A stretch of DNA of 28,900 nt from Candidatus Aenigmatarchaeota archaeon (GTDB lineage Archaea; Aenigmatarchaeota; Aenigmatarchaeia; CG10238-14; SCSR01), in the NCBI GenBank assembly GCA_049969275.1, contig JBMFPE010000002.1:1-28900 (forward strand), read 5' to 3'. Both the position numbers and the translations under genes were made by a program. The notes beneath the pieces are model-generated. The model did no database searches and was not told the DNA's origin. It saw only the letters and a program-made list of their open reading frames with translations. The first letter of the stretch is position 1. Every line of letters begins with the position of its first letter. Shown in pieces: positions 23,621 to 28,900 of the stretch.

Positions 23621-24889
23621 ATGCAGGCAGTCTACGTTCCTTGGCTCCACATGCACCAGCCTCTAGTTTGGTTTAAAGCTGACGGAGAAGAAAGACTTAT
23701 GAGCAACTTGGAGAAGATGCTTCTTTCAAAAGATTCTAGGGAGAGCTGGGACGCAAAACTTATAGCAAGAGCTTATAAAAATCCTGCAAAATACTTTAAG
23801 CAGTTAAAAGAAGAAGGGTATGACCCAAGAATAATCCTGGATTTTTCTGGAATTCTGCTTGAAAGTTTAGAAGAACTAGGGAAGAGAGGAGTCTTAGATA
23901 AAATAGAAGTCGAGGGTGAGAAAGTAGGAAATATAATAGAGTTTTATAAAGATGTCTTAAAACTTGATGGAATAGAGATAGCAGGTTCATCCTATTCTCA
24001 CTGCTATTTTCCTGCAACTCCTGAACAAGACTGGAACTTACAAGTGGAAGAATGGAAAAAAACTTTTGGAAGAATTTTTGGCAAAAAGTACTTAGAAAAA
24101 GTAAAAGGCTTCTGGCTTCCTGAGTTAGGGTTGCCAGCTTTTGAAGACAGGGTTTATGAGCTGATAAAAGTTTTAGAGGAGAACGATTATGAATGGATGA
24201 TTTTACCTTTGCAGGCAGTCGAAAATTATGAAAATTTAAGTTATGAAGAAAGAATCAAGGTCGCTTGTCAGCCTCATTTGCTTAAAATGAAAGATTTATC
24301 TCTCAAAGTAATTTTTAGGTTCCCAAGCTACATAATAGACCAGCAAGCAGGTTGTAACGCAGAAGAAGTTTATAAAAGGGCTTTGCAAGCTGCAAAAATA
24401 TTTAGAGAAAAAAACAAGAAACCTGCCCTGATAGTTCCTGCAAGTGATGGAGAAAACGGGAACGTGATGATGAACGAATTCTTTCCAAAAACTTTTGTCC
24501 CAATTTTTAAAGAAAAAATTAACGAACAAATTTCTTCGTTAACAGTTTCTGAATTTCTAGAAGAGTTTTACAAGGAAGTAAAAAGTGAGATAAAAGTAAA
24601 AACTTTAGGTGCTTCATGGATTAATGGACACAGGCTTTGGCTCGAAGGAAGCAAAAAACTAGAAATGGCAAATAAAATTGCAGACTTGAGCAAGAAGTTC
24701 CATAACTTAAAAGAAAAAACTGATGAAAAAAGTTTAGAAGAAGTTAAAAGATTTTTGTTAATAGCAGAAACTTCTTGCTACGTTTATTGGGGAACTGATT
24801 TTTGGTACGAGCAAGGAGAAAGAGCTTTAAAAATTGTAGAAGAGAAGATAAAAAATCTTGAAAAAATTTATAAGGCAAGGAAAGTTTAA
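23621..24889 (+). CDS. GH57 glycoside hydrolase, second and distinct subfamily
   Basis: LHMHQP, YSHCYFP, GFWLPELG (nucleophile Glu), ASDGENGNVMMNEFFP (acid/base Asp), GASW and AETSCYVYWG. Confidence 0.88.
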   Translation: MQAVYVPWLHMHQPLVWFKADGEERLMSNLEKMLLSKDSRESWDAKLIARAYKNPAKYFKQLKEEGYDPRIILDFSGILLESLEELGKRGVLDKIEVEGEKVGNIIEFYKDVLKLDGIEIAGSSYSHCYFPATPEQDWNLQVEEWKKTFGRIFGKKYLEKVKGFWLPELGLPAFEDRVYELIKVLEENDYEWMILPLQAVENYENLSYEERIKVACQPHLLKMKDLSLKVIFRFPSYIIDQQAGCNAEEVYKRALQAAKIFREKNKKPALIVPASDGENGNVMMNEFFPKTFVPIFKEKINEQISSLTVSEFLEEFYKEVKSEIKVKTLGASWINGHRLWLEGSKKLEMANKIADLSKKFHNLKEKTDEKSLEEVKRFLLIAETSCYVYWGTDFWYEQGERALKIVEEKIKNLEKIYKARKV

Positions 24890-24901
24890 TATTATTATGT
24901 T

Positions 24902-24906
24902 GAGGT
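24902..24906 (+). promoter_or_regulatory. Shine-Dalgarno GAGGT before the GT4 gene
   Basis: GAGGT 6 nt upstream of ATG 24913. Confidence 0.7.
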
Positions 24907-24912
24907 AAAATA

Positions 24913-26082
24913 ATGAGAATTGCGTTCTTTTCTTGGGAATCGCTTCACTCAATACCTGTCGGAGGAATAGCTGTTCATGTTACTGAGCTTGCAGCAGCTC
25001 TTCAGAGAAAGGGGCATGAAGTTCATGTTTTTACGAGAATAGGGCCAAATCAAAAAATTTATGAGTGTATAGATGGTGTTCACTACCATCGCTGTCCTTT
25101 CAACTTTCACTCTGATTTTATCCAAGAAATGAACAACATGAGCAAATCTATGGCTCATTATTTCTTTGAAACAGAAAATTTTGTTGGAAGTTTTGACGTT
25201 ATTCATGGTCATGACTGGCATGTAGTTAATGCTTTAGATGAAATAAAAAAAGCAAGGAATAAGAAAGTAGTTTGGACTTTACATTCTACCCAGTTTGGAA
25301 GAGACGGCAATTATTTCCATGACGGCAAGGCTAACGATATTAAGAATATAGAATGGTACGGCACTTATATTGCTGATAGGCTAATAGTTTGTTCTCAAAC
25401 CATGAAAAATGAGGCTCAATGGGTTCACAGAGTTCCTGAATGGAAGATTAGAGTAATACACAACGGAATTTCTGCCCATAGGTTTAACGGTTTTATAGAC
25501 CCTTGGAATGATGTAAAGAAAAGGTACGGAATCGGGCCTTTAGACCCTGTTGCTACTTTTGTTGGAAGAATAACCTATCAAAAAGGTCCAGACCTTTTGA
25601 TAGAAGCTATTCCCGATATTTTAAATTCTTATCCAAACGCAAAGTTCTTTTTTGTTGGTGATGGCGACATGAAGGCTCATCTGGAAAACAGAGCTAGACA
25701 GCTTAACATCTCCCATGCCATAAGGTTTACTGGCTACGTTTCTGAAGACGAAAAGATAAAGATATTAAAAGCATCCGATTGCCTTGTTGTTCCTAGCAGA
25801 AACGAGCCTTTTGGAATAGTGGTTTTAGAAGGCTGGAGTGCAGGAAAACCTGTAATAGCAACTCATGGCACAGGAGCAGGAGAAATAGTTTGGCATGAAG
25901 TTACAGGCTTAAGAGTTTACCAGGCTCCGAACTCGATTGCTTGGGGAGTAAAGTATATATTCTCGAACTTCGAAAAAGCAAGATGGATGGGAGCTAACGG
26001 AAGAAAGGCTGCAGAAGAAGCCTTTAACTGGGATAGGATAGCTGACTATACTCTACAAGTTTATAAGGAGTTGGTTGGGTGA
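24913..26082 (+). CDS. GT4 glycosyltransferase (GT-B), possible alpha-glucan synthase
   Basis: SWE....VGGIAVHV, HGHDW, TLHST, FVGRITYQKG, GDGD and VPSRNEPFGIVVLE (EX7E). Confidence 0.92.
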   Translation: MRIAFFSWESLHSIPVGGIAVHVTELAAALQRKGHEVHVFTRIGPNQKIYECIDGVHYHRCPFNFHSDFIQEMNNMSKSMAHYFFETENFVGSFDVIHGHDWHVVNALDEIKKARNKKVVWTLHSTQFGRDGNYFHDGKANDIKNIEWYGTYIADRLIVCSQTMKNEAQWVHRVPEWKIRVIHNGISAHRFNGFIDPWNDVKKRYGIGPLDPVATFVGRITYQKGPDLLIEAIPDILNSYPNAKFFFVGDGDMKAHLENRARQLNISHAIRFTGYVSEDEKIKILKASDCLVVPSRNEPFGIVVLEGWSAGKPVIATHGTGAGEIVWHEVTGLRVYQAPNSIAWGVKYIFSNFEKARWMGANGRKAAEEAFNWDRIADYTLQVYKELVG

Positions 26083-26300
26083 AATGCTGGTTTTGTGAAA
26101 AAGAAGCCAGAGGAGTATGCATAGTTTGTGGAAGAGCAGTTTGTCATGAACATGCTGACAAGCTAGACCAGTTTACTCATGCAAAAAGCGATACTTGTTC
26201 CGGCTTTGCAAGTTATGAAAAGGGTTTTAATGTTCTGAAATGTAGAGAATGCAGACTTGAATGGGAAAGCTGGGAGCAAGGAAAAAGAATAATTAAGTAA
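26079..26300 (+). CDS. Small Zn-finger protein, DUF2180/B-box-like
   Basis: MKCWFC...GVCIVCGRAVCHEH plus a C-terminal CREC. GTG start overlaps the GT4 stop (GTGA), with SD AAGGAG at 26065-26070. Confidence 0.8.
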   Translation: MKCWFCEKEARGVCIVCGRAVCHEHADKLDQFTHAKSDTCSGFASYEKGFNVLKCRECRLEWESWEQGKRIIK

Positions 26301-26305
26301 GGTTT

Positions 26306-27352
26306 TTAAAACAAATTCAAAAATTTCCCTGCAATTATAAACATAGCATGACTCCAAGCCAAAGGAATTATCGAAGCAGGCTTACCATTTTTTATTTGTT
26401 CTGGTAATTTTTCTTCCACTCTTTCTAGAACCCAGTTAAAATATTCAAAAGCTTCTTTTCTGTTTCCAGCTAAACAAAAATAAACAGAAAGCCAAAAGTT
26501 TAAAACAGGCCAAGCTCCACCTTCTTTTCTTCTCAAGTAGCCAGCATACCTATCCCCTTTATATCTCATGATTCCTTTCCCTTCTGTAGAGTTTTCTTTT
26601 ACTATTTTTTCAACAGTTGAAACAATTCTTTCATCATTTGCACTAAAAACTTCGGAAGGCCAAACCAAGCCTAGCAGAGAAGAATCTACAGTTTTATCTT
26701 TTTCTGAGTTAAACTTTCTAACAAAGCATTTGCTCTCTTCATCATAACTCTTTTCTATAACAATTCTCATTTGCTTTAAACACTCTTCCCATTTCTTGTT
26801 CGGCCCAACTAGCTTTAAAGCACAACCCAAACCTTTAATGCACATAGCTAAAGAATAAGTGAAATTTTCTCCCTTCTTAGGTGAGGCTACCCTTTCTTCC
26901 CACAAATCATAATGTCTTTTAAAACAATTTCCATTCCAAGAATTGCAAAGCCCATCAGCTATTTTTCTAGCCAAATCGTTAAACTTGTCAGTTTCAAAAA
27001 TTTCAGAATGATTATAAACAGCCCAAAGCAAACTTCCTAGTTGGTCTGGCTGAAATTGTCTTCCGTACATTTTTCCGCTAGGATAATACCTCATGTAGAA
27101 AATTCCTTCATCTTTAAACCTTTCAGCCTCCGAGCACCACTCAAAAAACTTTTCAGGAATCCTCTTTATTTTTAACAAATCGCAAGCATAACAAACAAAG
27201 CTTGCATCCCTTGGCCAGACATAGAAATAGTTTTTCACCCCTTTTGGATAATCTGGGTCATAGATATTAGAGGCTACTATTGCTCCGTTTCTCAAAGAAC
27301 ATTCTTTAAAAACTTCTATACTTCTTTTAAAAACCCTTTCAATTTTATCCAT
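26306..27352 (-). CDS. GH15 glucoamylase-like hydrolase (catalytic domain only)
   Basis: GAIVAS, YFYVWPRD, Q.DQ.G, YDLWEER (acid Glu), VDSSLLGL, RY.GD.Y, LPEQ (base Glu) and PLAWSHAM. Confidence 0.9.
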   Translation of the reverse strand: MDKIERVFKRSIEVFKECSLRNGAIVASNIYDPDYPKGVKNYFYVWPRDASFVCYACDLLKIKRIPEKFFEWCSEAERFKDEGIFYMRYYPSGKMYGRQFQPDQLGSLLWAVYNHSEIFETDKFNDLARKIADGLCNSWNGNCFKRHYDLWEERVASPKKGENFTYSLAMCIKGLGCALKLVGPNKKWEECLKQMRIVIEKSYDEESKCFVRKFNSEKDKTVDSSLLGLVWPSEVFSANDERIVSTVEKIVKENSTEGKGIMRYKGDRYAGYLRRKEGGAWPVLNFWLSVYFCLAGNRKEAFEYFNWVLERVEEKLPEQIKNGKPASIIPLAWSHAMFIIAGKFLNLF

Positions 27353-28268
27353 ATTCCTTCCTTACAATTCTTTCCAAGTCTTTTCTTTTAGGAAACCTTT
27401 CTTCTCCAAACCTTGAAATAGCGAAAGAAGCTAAGGCACTCCCATAAGTTCCTGCCTTTTCTATCCTCTTATGTTTTAAATAACCAAAAATAAATCCTGC
27501 GTTGAAAAAATCTCCTGCTCCTGTTGGGTTTATTGCTTTTGTTTTTATCGCTCCTATTCTAAAAATTTTTTCTTTATCGGCAACTATGCAACCTCTTTCC
27601 CCCAATTTCAGGGCAACATTTTTACAACCAAGTTCCAAAATTTTTTCAGCAATTTTTTCCTCGTCTTTTTCTTTGGTTAGAATTTTTCCTTCTTCAAAAT
27701 CTGGGAAGAAAAAATCAACCAGTTTTAAGTTATTTTTCAACCCTTCTAAATCACAGTTTACCCCACTTTTCAGGTCAGGCTCTAGGCATGTTATCATTCT
27801 TTTTTCCCTGGCATACTTCAAAACTTTTTTCACATCCTTTTGAAACTTTTTTTGCAGGTTATAGCCTCCTATATACAAGACTTTACCTTTTACTTCTTCA
27901 AGCTTGAAATCCTTTAAAGAAAATAAAAGGTTTGTTCCCCTAAAAGTAAGTAAAGACCTCAAACCATCTTTAAAATGTATTCCTATGCTAATTCCTGTCT
28001 CCTTTTCTGTTCTTTTAACTTTAGTTTCGATCTTAAAATCCTTCAGTTTTTCAAGGACAAAATTTCCAAAAAAATCATTTCCGAGCAAACCAATAAACCT
28101 TGTTTTTATCCCAAGCTTAGCAATAGCCATAGCAAAATGGGCAGCTCCACCTCCAACCTCAAGCTTTGCAGAATCTATAAAAATCTGAGAATCTTTTTTC
28201 GGATAATTTTCTATGGGAGAAGTTAGAATATCAACGTTTGCATCACCAATAACAGTTATCTCAGTCAT
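27345..28268 (-). CDS. PfkB/ribokinase-family carbohydrate kinase
   Basis: VIGDANVD, GGGAAH, GLLGNDFFG, TG, VALKLGERG and NPTGAGDFFNAGF (catalytic Asp). Confidence 0.92.
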   Translation of the reverse strand: MTEITVIGDANVDILTSPIENYPKKDSQIFIDSAKLEVGGGAAHFAMAIAKLGIKTRFIGLLGNDFFGNFVLEKLKDFKIETKVKRTEKETGISIGIHFKDGLRSLLTFRGTNLLFSLKDFKLEEVKGKVLYIGGYNLQKKFQKDVKKVLKYAREKRMITCLEPDLKSGVNCDLEGLKNNLKLVDFFFPDFEEGKILTKEKDEEKIAEKILELGCKNVALKLGERGCIVADKEKIFRIGAIKTKAINPTGAGDFFNAGFIFGYLKHKRIEKAGTYGSALASFAISRFGEERFPKRKDLERIVRKEYG

Positions 28269-28900
28269 TTACTTCCCTTATCTTTTCCTTTATAATATTC
28301 GAATACTTTTCAACAAGTTCTTTTAGTCTTTTTTCATTTTTTGCCTCGATACACAAATTAATTTCTGGCATGGTTTGGCTTGATCTAATAAGAACCCATT
28401 CTTCTTCGTCCAACTCTATTTTAATACCATCCATAAGGTTCAAGCTATTCTGAAATTCTAACTTAAGCCTTTCTATTACTTTTATTTTTTTCTCGTCATT
28501 TTCTGCGTTTATGTACAATTTTTCTGTTGGGTTTAACTTAATTCTGTCAACAAAATGAGAAAGCTTCTTCTTGCTTTTATTCAATATTTTTGCCATCAGT
28601 AAAGTGGCAAGTATTCCGTCAGAAAATGGATAGAATTCGTTAAAGTAAAAGTGAGAGCTTTGCTCTCCTGCAAAAATGGCTTTTTCTTCCACACACTTTC
28701 TTTCTACAAAGCCATGGCCAACCCTCCACCATATCAATTCTCCTCCCAACCTTTCAGCTATTTTCTTCAACTTACTTGAGCAATCAGCAGTAGCGATCAC
28801 TTTCCCTTTTTTCTTCTTAAGAAAACTTTCTATGAAAATAGCGCTTACCATACTTCCGTTCAATTCCCTTCCTTTATCATCGACAAAAATGCTTCTGTCA
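28261..28900 (-). CDS. Phosphomannomutase/phosphoglucomutase, C-terminal part (runs off the right edge)
   Basis: The frame stays open past the track start to the edge, reading DRSIFVDDKG (end of the DxDxDR metal loop). Also VGHG, AGEQSSHFYF, SDGI, DGIK and IRSSQTMP, which resembles the AlgC-type RASNTTP. Confidence 0.9.
   Translation of the reverse strand, partial: DRSIFVDDKGRELNGSMVSAIFIESFLKKKKGKVIATADCSSKLKKIAERLGGELIWWRVGHGFVERKCVEEKAIFAGEQSSHFYFNEFYPFSDGILATLLMAKILNKSKKKLSHFVDRIKLNPTEKLYINAENDEKKIKVIERLKLEFQNSLNLMDGIKIELDEEEWVLIRSSQTMPEINLCIEAKNEKRLKELVEKYSNIIKEKIREVND

Noticed and set aside
685-28226. The remaining 60-113-aa ORFs nested in or antisense to the called genes (e.g. 1261, 2287, 4346, 11027, 13272, 15842, 16939, 18502, 24949, 27502, 27904)
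   Set aside because: Fully overlapped by well-supported genes, with biased shadow-frame composition and no motifs or initiation signals.
1-28900. tRNA, rRNA, inteins, transposases, recoded stops
   Set aside because: All gaps are 102 nt or shorter and AT-rich with no T-loop or cloverleaf motif; protein lengths are near canonical; no in-frame stops split recognisable domains.

Overview
A very compact archaeal chromosomal segment. By my count about 790 of 28,900 nt are intergenic (~97% coding). It is AT-rich with Lys/Glu-rich proteins; the lineage is probably DPANN-like and possibly thermophilic (inference, no phylogeny run). The left third holds information-processing genes: partial pheS missed by the ORF track, trpS, rps6e, eif2g, a PIN nuclease, rpoE1 and spt4. 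These are interrupted by an orphan archaeal pilin, a K+-independent membrane H+-PPase, a soluble PPase and a SERCA-like P2A ATPase. The middle holds trxB, nadM and nnrD. The right 55% is a sugar/alpha-glucan supercluster: FNT channel-gap-pgk, acyP, tpi, FBP aldolase/phosphatase, two GH57s, an amylo-1,6-glucosidase, a cupin PGI, a GT4, a GH15, a PfkB kinase and a partial PMM/PGM. Small uncharacterised genes are embedded in it: a Cas2/PaaX-like protein, two helical orphans, a DUF2582-like wHTH and a DUF2180-like Zn finger. The best candidate for an undescribed system is a stand-alone 70-aa Cas2-fold gene. It is preceded by a perfect 16-bp GC-rich palindrome abutting its TATA box, inside a 36-nt element with CRISPR-repeat-like ends, and it is translationally coupled to acylphosphatase. 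Other highlights are a D-to-G change in the aIF2-gamma P-loop, extreme promoter and stop-codon interlocking, and a membrane PPase in the operon slot usually held by the soluble PPase. No tRNA, rRNA, CRISPR array, transposase or intein was seen. All family assignments come from motif recognition by eye, not database searches.
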